From Mustelus asterias (lineage: Eukaryota): a stretch of DNA of 64,000 bases. A program made the position numbers and the translations under genes. The notes below the pieces were generated by a model. That model made no database searches. It was not told where the DNA came from and was given only the letters and a program-made list of their open reading frames with translations. Positions within the stretch are counted from its first letter, which is position 1, and each line of letters begins with the position of its first letter. This document shows positions 37,669-51,271 of the stretch, piece after piece. The stretch covers positions 682,001-746,000 of the forward strand of contig NW_027590197.1 in the NCBI RefSeq assembly GCF_964213995.1, in the 5' to 3' direction.

Positions 37669-38499
37669 TAAATTCCCAGATATTTCAATAGGATTACTTC
37701 TCAGTCTTCTAAACTCCAAAGAGTACAGGCCCAAGCTGCTCAACCTGAAAGATAAAACCCCTCATTTCAGGAATCAACCAACTGGATCTTCCCTGAACTG
37801 CCTCCACTGCAATTTTGTCCCAGCTGAAGTAATTCTGTGCCAGGTTAAAGGAGGAGTGAATGTTTGGAATTTCTGTTCTGGACAGATGCTGATGGATTTT
37901 GGAAACTCCTTTTACAGGGGATTAGAAGGGAAAGATTTACACACAGCAAACTCAGACCAAAAGAAATGTTTGTCTGTCTTGAATTTCTAACCTTGAATTA
38001 CACCTATAACTTTCCTCATTTACAGGGACAAGATTTGAAGATTGCAACATTTTTCCCGGACACCAATCTCTCTGAGATCTTTGCAGATGTAGACTCCAGC
38101 GGATTTAAAATGTTGAAAACAGTGAAATGGTTTTGGGGTGAGTGCTACTGAGCATTAAGTTAAATTTAGAGCATGCTCTGATTCCATGGATCTCGGGCTA
38201 CTGTGACTCCTTTACCATGGATGGGCAGGCAATGGTGCAGTGATAGTGTTATTGGATTAGTAATACAGGGATCCAGGGCAATGCACTGTGAACCCTGGGT
38301 TCGAATCCCACAGTGGCAGATGTTGAAATTTGAATTCAGTAAAAATCTAGAATTGGAAGTCCATTGATGACAATTGTTGTAAAAATCCATCTGATTTAAT
38401 AATGTCCTTTAAAGAAGGAAATCTACCACATCCCCCAGCAATGCAAGCCACTCAGTTCAAGGGCAATGAGTTATGGGCAGTAGATGCTGATGCAGCCAG

Positions 38500-39590
38500 C
38501 ACATAGAGTCATAGAGCAATACAGCACGGAAACAGGCCCTTAGGCCCAACTGATCCATGCCAACCATGGTGCCCTCCCAGCTAGTCCCAAATGCCCGTGT
38601 TTGGCTCATGAATTGGAAAGGATTAGAGAGATATGTACTTATCCAAATGCTTTTTAAATGTTTAAACCTGCTGTTTGAACATTCAACCACTTTCTCTGGC
38701 AGCTCAATCCATGTACACATCACCCTCTGCATGAAGAAGTTGCCCCTCAGGTCCCTTTTAATCTTTCCCCTCTCATATTAAATCTATGTCCTCTAGTTTT
38801 CAATTCCCCGACCCTGGCAAAAAGACAATGTGGGTTCATCCTATCTATGCCCCTCATTATTTAATACACCTCAATATAGTCACCCCACATTCTCCAACAT
38901 TCGAAGGAATAAACCCGAGCCTGTCCAACCTCTCATGATCATTCAGACCCATTAGTCCCGGCAACATCCTCATAAATCTTCTTTGCACTCTTTACAGTTT
39001 ATCAATGTTTTTCCTATAACAGGGTTACAAAAACTGTCCACAATACTCCAAGTGCAGCCTCACCAACGACTCATACAACTATAACATAATGTCCCAACTC
39101 CTATACTCAGTGCCCTGACTGATGAAGGCCAGTGTGCTAAATGCCTTCTTCACCACTCTGTCTACCTGTGACATCACTTTCAACGAACGATATACTTGTA
39201 CTCCTGGGTTCCTCTGTTCCTCAACACTCCCCAGGGCCTTACCATTCACTGTATAAGTCCTACCCTGGTTTGACTTTCCAAAATGCAACACTCACACTTA
39301 AGACCATAAGACATAGGAGCAGAATTAGGCCACTTGGCCCATTGAGTCTGCTCCGCCATTCAATCATGGCAGATATTTTTCTCATCCCCATTCTCCTGCC
39401 TTTTTGCGATCACCCCTGATCCCCTTATTAATCAAGAACCTATCTATCTCTGTCTTAAAGACAGTCAATGACCCGGCCTCCACAGCCTTCTGCGGCAAAG
39501 AGTTCCACAAATTCCCCACTCTCTGGCTGAAGAAATTCCTCCTTATCTCTGTTTTAAAGGATCGTCCCTTTAGCCTGAGGTTGTGCCTCT
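38500..39590 (-). mobile_element. CR1 3' fragments (two, adjacent or nested)
   Basis: HFGKSN and QRV..W-type CR1 C-terminal motifs; tails near 38500 and 39300. Confidence 0.7.
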
Positions 39591-40690
39591 GTGCTCTGTA
39601 TTATTTGTACTGAAATCCATTTGCCAATCATCGGCTCACTTCCTTAACCGATCAACTGATGAAGATCCCCCTGTATATATATATATTTCCAGACGTCTCT
39701 TCCCTCAGAGGGCTGTTAGTCTTTTGGATTTCTCTTCTACAGGGACCAGTGGAGGCTGAGGATCATTGAATATATTCCAGTTAGACAGATCTTTGACTGA
39801 CAAGGGTGTCAAGGGTTATGGGGAACAGACAAGAAGATGGAGCAAAAGCTAAGATGTGGGGGGATTTCTTCACTCAAGGATGTGGTAAAGCTTTGGAATT
39901 CTCAATCCCTGAGGACAGTGAAACCTCAGTCATCAACTACTTGCAAGAGAGCGATTGATTGGTTTTTAGATATTGAGGATATCAAGGGATATGGGTTTAG
40001 TGTGGGGAGAATGATGCTGAGGTAGATGAACGAATTATCTCATTGAATAGTTTAAAAGGCTCGATGGGCCAAATGGCCGACTGCAGCTCCTATTTGTTAT
40101 GGTCTCTGTGTCCAGGACAAGAAGCAGTGAGCATGGATCTGTCAATCAGCACCTTCAGGAGAATTGGGAGGGTGAATATTAGATACAGCAGAGTGAGAAT
40201 GGAGGGAGAGTGTGTGGGATGGCGATTTACAGCTTCTTGGGACTGAAATAGGAAAGAATGTTCGATAGAAACTAGAATTGTCTGTTCTGAATTTCTATCC
40301 TGTACTGATACTGATGACTTTTGTAAACTTGTTTTACAGGATATTGAAAGAGGAATCACAGGCCGAAATCTCAAACGTCACGTCTAGATCTGACAGAGTC
40401 ATATTCCATGGGAGCTGAAAATCATCGGCCTTTGAATCTAGAAGGAGAAATGGTTGTCCAGTCTGTTGATTTGAAAAGATTTCAAACATCAGTGTGACTG
40501 GAAAAGCACCAACACACGGCCACACTGGAGTGAGAGTCTTCCAGTGCACTGACTAAAGAACTTTAACCAGTTACACAGCCTGAATAACTATCACACCATT
40601 CACAGCGGGGAGAGACTGTACCCGTGTTCTGTGTGTGAACAAGGCTTCAACTGATTGTCCACCCAAGGGAGAGGCAAGGACACCTGCACC

Positions 40691-41701
40691 ATGGAGAAAC
40701 CATGGAAATGTGCGGACTGTGCGAAGAGATACAGATACCCAAATGAGCTGGAAGCTCATCGGCGCAACCACATTGGGGAGAGGCCATTCACCTGCTCTCA
40801 GTGTGGGAAGGGATTCACTCGGTTATCCATCCTGCAGTCACACCAGCGAGTTCACACTGGGGAGAGACCGTTCACCTGCTCTCAGTGTGGGAAGGGATTC
40901 ACTCAGTTATCCACCCTGCAGAAACACCAGCGAGTTCACACTGGGGAGAGGCCATTCACCTGCTCTCAGTGTGGGAAGGGATTCACTCGGTTATCCATCC
41001 TGCAGTCACACCAGCGAGTTCACACTGGGGAGAGGCCGTTCACCTGCTCTCAGTGTGGGAAGGGATTCTGTGATCCATCCAGCCTGCGGATACACCAGCG
41101 GGTTCACACTGGGGAGAGGCCATTCACCTGCTCTCAGTGTGAGAAGGGATTCTGTAATCCATCCAGCCTGCTGAGACACCAGCGAGTTCACACTGGGGAG
41201 AGGCCGTTCACCTGCTCTCAGTGTGGGAAGGGATTCTATGATTCATCCAGCCTGCGGATACACCAGCGGGTTCACACTGGGGAGAGGCCATTCACCTGCT
41301 CTCAGTGTGGGAAGGGATTCACTTGGTCAAACCAGCTGCAGAGACACCAGCGAGTTCACACTGGGGAGAGGCCATTCACCTGCTCTCAGTGTGGGAAGGA
41401 ATTCACTCGGTCATCCCAGCTGCAGAGACACCATGAAGTTCACACTGGGGAGAGGCCATTCACCTGCTCTCAGTGTGGGGAGGGATTCACTCAGTCATCC
41501 CACCTGCTGAGACACCAGCGAATTCACACTGGGGAGAGGCCGTTCACCTGCTCTCAGTGTGAGAAGGGATTCACTCGATTATCCAGCCTGCGGATACACC
41601 AGCGAGTTCACACTGGGGAGAGGCCATTCACCTGCTCTCAGTGTGGGAAGGGATTCAGTCTTTCATCCCAGCTGCTGAGACACCAACGAGTTCACGAGTG
41701 A
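40691..41701 (+). CDS. Intact C2H2 zinc-finger protein, 12 fingers
   Basis: ACCATGGAG at 40691; [10 protein letters not shown] repeats; acceptor ends at 40339. Confidence 0.9.
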   Translation: MEKPWKCADCAKRYRYPNELEAHRRNHIGERPFTCSQCGKGFTRLSILQSHQRVHTGERPFTCSQCGKGFTQLSTLQKHQRVHTGERPFTCSQCGKGFTRLSILQSHQRVHTGERPFTCSQCGKGFCDPSSLRIHQRVHTGERPFTCSQCEKGFCNPSSLLRHQRVHTGERPFTCSQCGKGFYDSSSLRIHQRVHTGERPFTCSQCGKGFTWSNQLQRHQRVHTGERPFTCSQCGKEFTRSSQLQRHHEVHTGERPFTCSQCGEGFTQSSHLLRHQRIHTGERPFTCSQCEKGFTRLSSLRIHQRVHTGERPFTCSQCGKGFSLSSQLLRHQRVHE

Positions 41702-41792
41702 TTCCAGGGGTTGGATTCTGCTGTTATTGTTTCTGCTCTCAGTTACATCCAGGACTGCATTTTGTTCATTCTCACAGTTGGTCAATGGGGAG

Positions 41793-42199
41793 GATGCTCT
41801 GATTGTGGGAAGGGATTCACTGATTCATCCGACCTGTTGAAACACCAGAGAATTCATAATAGGGAGAGGCCATTTATCTGCTCCGAGTGTGGGAAGGGAT
41901 TTACTCAGTCATTCAACCTGCTAAAACACCAGCCAAGTCACACTGGAGAGAGGCCATTCACTTGCTCCAGTTGTGGGAAGGGATTTATTGATTCATCCAG
42001 TCTGCGGAGGCACCAGCGAGTTCACACCAGGGAGAGACCATTCACCTCCTCTGATTGTGGCAAGGGATTCAGTCAATCATCCAACCTGGTAAAGCACCAG
42101 CGAATTCACACTGGGGACAGGCCATTCACCTGCTCCGTGTGTGGGAAGGGATTCACTCAATCACCTCACCTGCTGAAACACCATCATGTTCACGAGTGA
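41793..42199 (+). pseudogene. Headless 5-finger ZNF fragment joined into the 3' flank of the preceding gene
   Basis: ORF 41711-42199; the junction falls where paralogs continue GGGTCGGAGGG. Confidence 0.75.
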
Positions 42200-44124
42200 C
42201 TGCAAGGACTGAATTTTGCTGTTAATCTCATTGAGGTCCCAACCATTTTCATTGGTGTCTGTTTCTGCTGATGTTAATAAACCCTGGCCCAGTTGTAAGA
42301 TTTGTATTGTGGATTGTCTTGTCTGAGTCCTGAACTCGTAAATAAAAACAAGAAGTGCTGTAAAAACTCAGCAGGTCTGACAGCATCTCTGGAGAGAGAA
42401 ACAGAGCTAATGTTTTGACACTGAAGAAGAGTCACATTCAACTGGAAACATTAATTGTTCCTGTCTTTACAGATTCTGTCAGACTTACTGAGATTTTGCA
42501 GCAACTTCTGCTTTTAGAATGACGGTGAATGCTGGATACATGAATCAGAGATTGGTGTAAAACTGGGATCTGCTCCTAAATGAAAGTGAAACAGCAGGTT
42601 AAAGTTTCCAGTCTGAAAAGTACCATGGTTGTTATACTATATATACCATTTTAAGGCTGGTTTTAACTCATTTAAAATAAACCTATTTAAAATATATTTG
42701 TTAAAGTCAGTATTAAAATATGAGTTGGATGAGTTCACAGGAGCCTGTTAACCGCTGGGACAATTATTCAACAAACATTGGATTTCCAGATAGAGAAGAA
42801 GCTGCAGTTTGTTTGCAGGAATTCCCTGTTTTATTGATGTGTGTGTGTTAGACATCAGGATAACTAAAACTGCACAAACCTGGACATCAATGGTGATCTG
42901 ATTGACAGTTACTCTGGGAATCACTCCCACTGTGAAACTTCAGCACTGACACTGCTGAATGTTGTAGGCTCAGGGAGTGGGGCCTCCAGGAGTGGACTGT
43001 AAAAAAAGCTGGGTTTCAGTATCCTGACTAATATATGGTGAGGAACCAGAAAACTCCTTACTGAGGAACTGCCTGGGGTTTTACCAGTGTAGGTTCAGGG
43101 GCGAATGATTCCTGACTCCCTGAAATGTCTGATATTGAACCCAGTTTGGAACAAGATTCATTCAGTTTCCAGGAGAATAGAGACAAATATCACCCACAAC
43201 TGAGAGAGAGAAAAACAGCCACCTTGATCAATGACTTGGATGAAGCCAGAATTGATGATACAAAGATAGGTAGAAAAGCAAGTTGTGAGGTTGTGACAAA
43301 AAATCTGTAAGGGGCACAGATAAGTTACCTGAATGGACAGAAAAATGGCAGATGGAGTATAGTGCGGGAAAGTGGGAGCTTTTCCACTTTGGCAGGAAGA
43401 ATAGAGAAGCAAAAAATTGTTTAAATATAGAGAAACTGAAGAATACTGCCGTAGAGAGGAATCTGGGTGACCTTGTACATGAATCGTGAAAAAATAGGAT
43501 GAAGGTACAGCAAGTAAAGAAGAAGGCAAATGGAGTGTTGGACTTTACTGCAAGGGGGTGGAGTTTGAAAAAGGGAACTTGCTGCACCTACACAGGACAT
43601 TGCTGAGATAGCAGCTGGAATACTGTGTACGGTTCTGGTCTCCCTACTGATGGAATGACATGCTTTCATTGGAATGAGTTCAGAGAAAGTTCACCAGGTC
43701 CATTCCTAAGATGAAGGTGTTGTCTTTTGAGGAAAGGTTGTGAAGGTGTAGGGGAGAATTCTCCCATCCCGCCCACCACAGGAATCGTAGAAGGCTGGGG
43801 GTTGGACCACACAAAGGTCCTTTGACCTCAGGGGGGGGGGATTTTCCAGTTTTGGGGCAAGTGAGGCCGCAGAATCCAACTCGTTGTCTTTTGGGGAAGG
43901 GTTGCACCTATACTCATTAGGTTTGGAAGAATGAGCAGTGAACATTCTGAAACATATAAGATTCTCATGGACAGTTGACAGGCGAGAGGCCAAGAGGATG
44001 ATTCATGAAGGAGTCTTGAACTTGGTGCCACAGATCTACAAGGAAACCAAGGGTATTGTATTAGCCCTTACAGACACCAATACTTTATCCTCAGTTTTAG
44101 TCAGGTTAGTCAGAGGTTTAGTCA

Positions 44125-44216
44125 GGTGTGGTGAAAGCTTCAACCAATCATCTGGCCTTTTGGAACATAATTGCAGTCACAGGGAGATGCCATGGAAATG
44201 TGGGGATTGTGGGAAG
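44125..44216 (+). pseudogene. ZNF remnant cut by a CR1 insertion
   Basis: [30 protein letters not shown], then a CR1 tail. Confidence 0.6.
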
Positions 44217-44924
44217 AACATAAGAACTAGGAGCAGGAGTAGGCCATCTGGCCCCTCGAGCCTCATGGCTGATCTTTTTGTGGACTCAGCTCCACTTACC
44301 CGCCCGCTCACCATAGCCCTTAATTCCTTTACTGTTCAATAATTTATCTATCCTTGCCTTAAAAACATTCAATGAGGTAGCCCCAACTGCTTCACTGGGC
44401 AGGGAATTCCACAGATTCACAACCCTTTGTGTGAAGAAGTTCCTCCTCAACTCAGTCCTAAATCTGCTTCCCCTTATTTTGAGGCTATGCCCCCAAGTTC
44501 TAGTTTCACCCGCCAGTGGAAACAACTTCCCTGCTTCTATCTTATCTATTCCCTTCATAATCTTATATGTTTCTATAAGATCTCCCCTCATTCTTCTGAA
44601 ATCCAATGAGTATAGCCCCAGTCTATTCAGTTTCTGCTCATAAGCCAACCCTCTCAACTCCGGAATCAACCTCGTGAATCTCCTCTGCACCCCCTCCAGT
44701 GCCAGTATATCCTTTCTCAAGTAAGGAGACCAAAACTGTACACGGTACTCCAGGTGTGGCCTCACCAGCACCTTATACAGCTGCAACATAATCTCGCTGT
44801 TTTTAAACTCCATCCCTCTAGCAATGAAGGACAAAATTCCATTTGCCTTCTTAATTACCTGTTGCACCTGCAAACCAACTCTTTGAGATTCCTGCACAAG
44901 GACACCCCTGTCCCTCTGCACAGC

Positions 44925-45778
44925 GTAAGAAGTCTCACAACACCAGGTTAAAGTCCAACAGGTTTATTTGGTAGCAAATACCATAAGCTTTCGGAGCACT
45001 GCTCCTTCGTCAGATGGAGTGGAAATGTGCTCTCAAACAGTGCAAACAGACAGAATCAAGTTGCAGAATACTGATTAGAATGCGAATCCTCCAGCCAGCC
45101 AGGTCTTAAAGGTACAGACAATGTGGGTGGGGGGAACAGTAAACACGGGTTAAAGAAATGTGTATTGTCTCCAGACAGAACAGCTATTAAGATTCTACAA
45201 GCCCAGGAGGCAAGCTGTGGGTGTTACTGATAATGTGACATAAATCCAACATCCCGGTTTAGGCCGTCCTCATGTGTGCGGAACTTGGCTATCAGTTTCT
45301 GCTCAGCGACTCTGCGCTGTCGTGTGACGTGAAGGCCGCCTTGGAGAACGCTTACCTGAAGATCCAAGGCTGAATGCCCGTGACTGCTGAAGTGCTCCCC
45401 CACAGGAAGAGAACAGTCTTGCCTGGTGATTGTCGAGCGGTGTTCATTCATCCGTTGTCGTAGTGTCTGCATTGTTTCCCCAATGTACCATGCCTCGGGA
45501 CATCCTTTCTTGCAGCGTATCAGGTAGACAATGTTGGCCGAGTTGCAAGAGTAGGTACCGTGTACCTGGTAGATGGTGTTCTCACGTGAGATGATGGCAT
45601 CCGTGTCAATGATCCGGCACGTCTTGCAGAGGTTTGTTTGAGGTCATTAGGTTACATTGAAGCTTCATATGTTTCATATGAAGCAATTTTTAAAAGCAGT
45701 ATCTCGGCCTTTTGGCTAAGATGCAAATGAGATCAAGTCATAGAGGAGGAAGTGCTTTCCCTCCTCCAATCAGCTTGG
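44925..45778 (-). mobile_element. Penelope-like insertion (GIY-YIG C-terminus, pLTR with hammerhead motif, extra U2-like segment)
   Basis: VYLIRC..WYIGETMQTLRQRMNEH..EQKLI..GLNRD; 12-bp TSD CCTCTGCACAGC at 44913-44924 and 45779-45790. Confidence 0.85.
45702..45738 (+). ncRNA. U2 snRNA 5' fragment-like sequence (not a full gene)
   Basis: TCTCGGCCTTTTGGCTAAGAT..CAAGT matches the U2 5' stem-loop region as recalled. Confidence 0.6.
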
Positions 45779-46368
45779 CCTCTGCACAGCAGCATGCTGC
45801 AATTTTTTCCCATTTAAATAATAGTCCATTTTGCTGTTATTCCTACCAAAATGGATGACCTCACATTTACCAACATTGTACTCCATCTGTCAGACCCTCG
45901 CCCACTCACTTAGATTATCTATATCCCTTTGCAGACTTTCAGCATCCTCTGCACACTTTGCTCTTAGTGTCATCTGCGAATTTTGACACACTACACTTGG
46001 TCCCCAACTCCAAATCATCTATGTAAATCGTAAACAATTGCGGTCCCAACACTGATCCCTGAGGCACACCACTAGTCACTGATCGCCAACCAGAAAAACA
46101 CCCATTTACCCCCACTCTTTGCTTTCTGTTAGTTAACCAATCCTCTATCCATGCTAATACATTACCCGTTACACTGTGCACCTTTATCTTATGTAGCAGT
46201 CTTTGGTGCGGCACCTTGTCAAATGCCTTCTGGAAATCCAGATACACCACATCCACAGGTTCCCCATTGTCCACTGCACATGTAATGTTCTCAAATAATT
46301 CCACCAAATTAGTCAAACATGACCTGCCCTTCATGAACCCATGCTGCATCTTACCCATGGGACAATTT

Positions 46369-46835
46369 AGAACATAGAACATAGAACATTACAGCGCAGA
46401 ACAGGCCCTTCGGCCCACGATGTTGCACCGACCAGTTAAAAAAAAACAAAAAAAAAACTGTGACCCTCCAACCTAAACCAATTTCTTTTCGTCCATGAAC
46501 CTATCTACGGATCTCTTAAACGCCCCCAAACTAGGCGCATTTACTACTGATGCTGGCAGGGCATTCCAATCCCTCACCACCCTCTGGGTAAAGAACCTAC
46601 CCCTGACATCGGTTCTATAACTACCCCCCCTCAATTTAAAGCCATGCCCCCTCGTGCTGGATTTCTCCATCAGAGGAAAAAGGCTATCACTATCCACCCT
46701 ATCTAAACCTCTAATCATCTTATATGTTTCAATAAGATCCCCTCTTAGCCGCCGCCTTTCCAGCGAAAACAATCCCAAATCCCTCAGCCTCTCCTCATAG
46801 GATCTCCCCTCCATACCGGGCAACATCCTGGTAAA
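46369..46835 (-). mobile_element. CR1 3' fragment with (AGAACAT)n tail
   Basis: ORF 46473-46826; tail repeats at 46369-46390. Confidence 0.8.
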
Positions 46836-47679
46836 TTTATATCCAGATGTCTCGCTATTTCTTCCCTGATGATAGATCCAAGCATTTTCCCTCCTACAGA
46901 AGTTAAGCGAACCAGCCTATAGTTACCCGCCTTTTGTCTACCTCCTTTTTTAAATGTTTGCGATTTTGTGAAACCTGTTTTTGTTGTCTGAGCTGACTGG
47001 AATTAGAGCCAGAGCAGGAGTAATCCAGGGGAATGATTTGGAGATAAAGGAAAATCCAGCAGATGCTGGAATTCTGAATAAAACAGACTTGCTGAGTTTA
47101 TCCAGCATTTTCTCTATTTATTATAATGATTTTGGGACCTGGGTTTGAATCCCACCACGTTTCAACAAAAATATTGATGAGCATGAATTAATTGTTGTAA
47201 AAACACATCTGGTTCTCTAATTCCCTTCAAGGAAGGAAATCTGCCGCCCTGATCCAGTCTAACCGACATGTGACTGGATTCACAAACAATTCAAGGGTTG
47301 ACTGGGTAAACAGGGAATGTCACCATCAGAAAAACAGAGCCCCCTGGAGGGCAGAAGTGTTAGGACAGGTTACGGAGAGGTTAAAACTGTCATCATTGAG
47401 AACAACACAGACTTTAGTGGAACAACTGGTCCCAAACACAATCTCTTGTAATTAGTGTGGCAGGGTGTGGTGAATCAGGTTTAAAAAGAGTCAAATTATA
47501 TATGTTTTCTAGTTTGGACAACCACATTTAAATCTGGGACTCGGATGAGGATATAAATTGGTGTTTGGTGGTAAGATCTAAATCTGTGTATTACGCCGTG
47601 AAGCCTTAAACCCAGAGTGAGAATATTTCAAACCAGGGTTCAAAATAAATGGCTGTGGATGGTGAATTCACTCTCAAAA

Positions 47680-48270
47680 GAAAACAAAGAAAATTACAGC
47701 ACAGGAACATTCCTTCGACCCTCCAAGCCTGCACCAACCACGCTGCCCGACTGAACTGAAATCCCCTCCCCTTCTGGGGACCATATCCCTCCATTCCCAT
47801 CCTATTCATGTATTTGTCAAGACGCCTCTTAAAACTCACTATCGTATCTACTTCCACTACCTCCCCCGGCAGCGAGTTCCAGGCACCCACCACCCTCTGG
47901 GTAAAAAACCTGCCTCGTACATCTCCTTTAAACCTTGCCCCTCGCACCTTAAACCTGTGCCCCCGAGTAATTGACTCTTCTACCCTGGGAAAAAGCTTCT
48001 ATCCACTTTGCCCAAGCCCCTCACAATCTTGTAGACTTTGTCAGATCGCCCTCAACCTGCGTCGTTCCAGTGAGAACAAACCAAGTTTCTCCAACCTCTC
48101 CTCATAGCTAATGCCCTCCATGCCAGGCAACATTCTGGTAGATCTTTTCTGTACCCTCTCCACTCTCCAAAGCCTCCACATCCTTCTGGTAGTGTGGCGA
48201 CCAGAATTGAACCCTATATTCCAAGTGCGGCCTAACTGAGGTTCTATAAAGCTGCAACATGACTTGCCAA
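47680..48270 (-). mobile_element. CR1 3' fragment
   Basis: RPHLEY..QFWSP and FFTQRVVGAWN; same subfamily as 54535-55572. Confidence 0.8.
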
Positions 48271-49066
48271 AAGGCCCGCAGAAATTCTGTCTTGGGAGGA
48301 GCAACTGGAAGAAAATAAATCATCCTGTACATGGGAGAGACAGAAACTGTGAGGACCATCTCCTCCAATCACAGATTCTGTCTCTCCCGGTGTTGCTACA
48401 TCTGCAGAGACAGAGTCTCAAACTGGAGGAACAGCTTTGCCACCTATTTTGAGAAAAGAAGTTCACTGACTCAGCAGCCTATCGGTGATGTGTGGAGGAG
48501 TTGTGTCTTCCTGCTACAGAACTAGTTTCATAGCAGTGTGAGCCTCAAAAGGAATGATCCAACCATCGGCAGAGCTTTCCCCATTCTGCTGAACAAGTCT
48601 CAATTATTTTTATATATCTCAGGAGGTGGGGTTTACAGCTCAGGAATTTGAGTAACCAGATATTGTGAACATACTTACCAATCACTTGGGTCGTCACATT
48701 AGAAATTGAGATCCATTCATCCAGGTTCATATTCTAAACTGCTTTTATTTGCAGTTTAATGTTCACAGACAACATACAGAATCCCCGGTCAGAGCTGATC
48801 TCAGCTGGTGTAGTGAGGTTATTGATGGGTTATCAATGTAAATCCACACACAATGAAGATCAGAATCGGGAGAGATTTTTCCTGCTCCACCGTCTGAACC
48901 AATGAACATCTGATTCAGTTACCTTGTGTCCAATAGTTAGAATTCTCATTTTGGAAAGAGTATGGGAGTATTTTTAAAGTAAATTAACAAAACATATCAT
49001 TCATAGATTCCAATTTAAAAGATTTAATATATACACAGTCTTCAGTATTTGTGCTATCTTATTCAA

Positions 49067-49349
49067 AGAAGTAAACTAACAGAAACACAAAAGGTAATGT
49101 TACTACGTGACTACATCACTAATAAAGGAGTTACTGAGAATGGAAAACGATGCCCTGGAAACCAAAAAATAGCCCTTAAAAATCAAAGAGTAGCTTTCCA
49201 GAAAATCTCAATACAAGCATTGAAAATAAATACTTTGTGCCCTGCAGATGGATCTTTCCAGGGCATCGTTTTCCATTCTCAGTAACTCCTTTATTAGTGA
49301 TGTAGTCACGTAGTAACATTACCTTTTGTGTTTCTGTTAGTTTACTTCT
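49067..49349. repeat. Perfect 95-bp inverted repeat with 93-bp spacer
   Basis: 49067-49161 is the exact reverse complement of 49255-49349. Confidence 0.92.
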
Positions 49350-49625
49350 AACTGAATTGTAGATTTTGCCCAAAGATCAAATTAGAATTGAAGCAAAAGT
49401 TCTTAACTTTATTCTAAACAGGTTCCTGTTGAGAGTTCTTCAGTTAAGAGGGAAGATCACTGGTGGTGCTTTTAAAAAGTGACATTGCAGCCCGGAAAAT
49501 CAGTGACACTTCCAGAATATTAAATTCCAGCTAGTTATAGGGTTTGTTCACATCAGCAGAAATAAAATATTGTCAGACTGTCAATACTGAACAGCAGCAA
49601 AAACAGCAAAATCCAACCCCTGCAG

Positions 49626-50547
49626 TCACTTGTGAACTTGTTGATGTCTCAGGAGCCATTGTGACTGAGTGAATCCCTTCCCACACACAGAGTAGTTGAA
49701 TGGCCTCTTAGTGTGAGTGCGTTGGTGAGCCAGCAGGTTGAAAGACTGCGAATCCTTTCCCACACACGGAGCAAGTGAATGGCCTCTCCCCTGTGTCAAC
49801 TCGCTGGTGAGCAGAGAGGTTGGATGGCCGATTGAATCCCTTCCCACACACTGAGCATGTGAATGGTCTTTCTGCAGTGTGAGTGCGTCGGTGAGCAGTG
49901 AGGTTGGATGACTGCCTGAAATTCTTTCCACAGTCAGTGCAGCTGAATGGCTTCTCTTCAGTGTGAATTTTCTGGTGTCTCAGCAGGGTGGGTAAAACTG
50001 TGAATCCCTTTCCACACACAAAGCAAGTAAACGGTCTCTCCCCAGTGTGAATTCGCTGGTGTGCAACGAGGGAGGATGCCTGTCTGAAACTCCGTCCACA
50101 GTCAGTGCAGCTGAATGGCTTCTCCTCAATGTGAACTCGCTGATGTGACAGTAAGTGGGATGACCCAGTGAATCCCTTCCCACAGTCGGAGCAGGTGAAC
50201 GGCCTCTCCCCAGTATGAACTCGCTGGTGTGACAGCAGGTGGAATGACTGAGTGAATCCCTTCCCACACACGGAGCAGATGAATGGTCTCTCCCCGGTGT
50301 GAGTGCGTTGGTGCACAGTGAGTGCTGAAGAATGCCTGAATCTCTTCCCACAGGAGGTGCAGGTGAATGGCTTTTCCTCAGTGTGAATTCTCTGGTGAGA
50401 CCAAAGGCCCGATGACTGAATGAATCCCTCCCCACAGACAGAACAGGTGAACGGTCTCTCACCAGTGTGACTGCGCCGATGGTTTTCCAGCAGGGAAGGG
50501 AAACTGAATCCTTTCCCACAGTCCCCACATTTCCACGGTTTCTCCAT
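49626..50547 (-). pseudogene. C2H2 ZNF array, about 11 fingers; first 8 intact, frameshift in finger 10
   Basis: ORF 49708-50547 MEKPWKC..; the tail continues in the 49626 frame; acceptor at about 50880. Confidence 0.75.
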
Positions 50548-51105
50548 GGTGCTGGTGTCCTGATGTTTCTCCAGGTTAAACGATCAGTTGAAGCCTCATC
50601 CACACACAGAACACGTGTATAGTTTCTCCTTGCTGTGAATGGTGTGATGTTTTTTCAGGCTGTGTAACTGGATAAAGCTCTTTCCACAGTCAACTCACTG
50701 AAACACTCTCACTCGGGTGTGCGTGTAACTTGGTGCTTTTTCAGTCACACTGATGTTTGAAATCTTCTCCTCCAGACAGAAGACAAACATTTCTCCTTCC
50801 ACATTCAAAGTCTGAGGATATTTAAGTCCAAGTGAATTGAGACTCTGTCTGATTTTGATGTGATGTTTCTTCACCTCACCTGTAAAAGGAGTTTACAAAA
50901 TTAATCACTGTCAGTCCAGGATAGAAATTTTGAACAGGCAATTCTAATTCTCTGGAACATTTCTTCCTCTCTTGTTCCCCAAATCAATAAATTCCTGTCC
51001 CACAAACTCTCCCTCCTCCCTGGGCTGAAATCCAAACCCACCTCACAATTTCTTTTCTCCACTCCCAGTTTGCTCCCTCCCTCTCCTCTGTCTGGGTTCA
51101 GTTCT

Positions 51106-51271
51106 GATGTGGAGATGCCGGCGTTGGACTGGGGTGAACACAGTAAGAGTTTTAACAACACCAGGTTAAAGGCCAACAGGTTTATTTGGTAGCAAACACC
51201 TAATGGTAGCTAATGGTGTTTGCTACCAAATAAACCTGTTGGACTTTAACCTGGTGTTGTTAAAACTCTTA
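51106..51271. mobile_element. Palindromic Penelope pLTR fragment
   Basis: Inverted copies of AACACCAGGTTAAAG..TTTATTTGGTAGCAAA; TSD CTGGGTTCAGTTCT. Confidence 0.8.

Larger units (their letters stand above)
44216..46368 (-). mobile_element. 5'-truncated CR1 interrupted by a Penelope insertion
   Basis: ORFs 45939-46382 and 44286-44921 encode consecutive RT and C-terminal parts. Confidence 0.85.

Noticed and set aside
37860-37990. Decayed acceptor block without fingers
   Set aside because: Too degenerate to call a gene; remnant only
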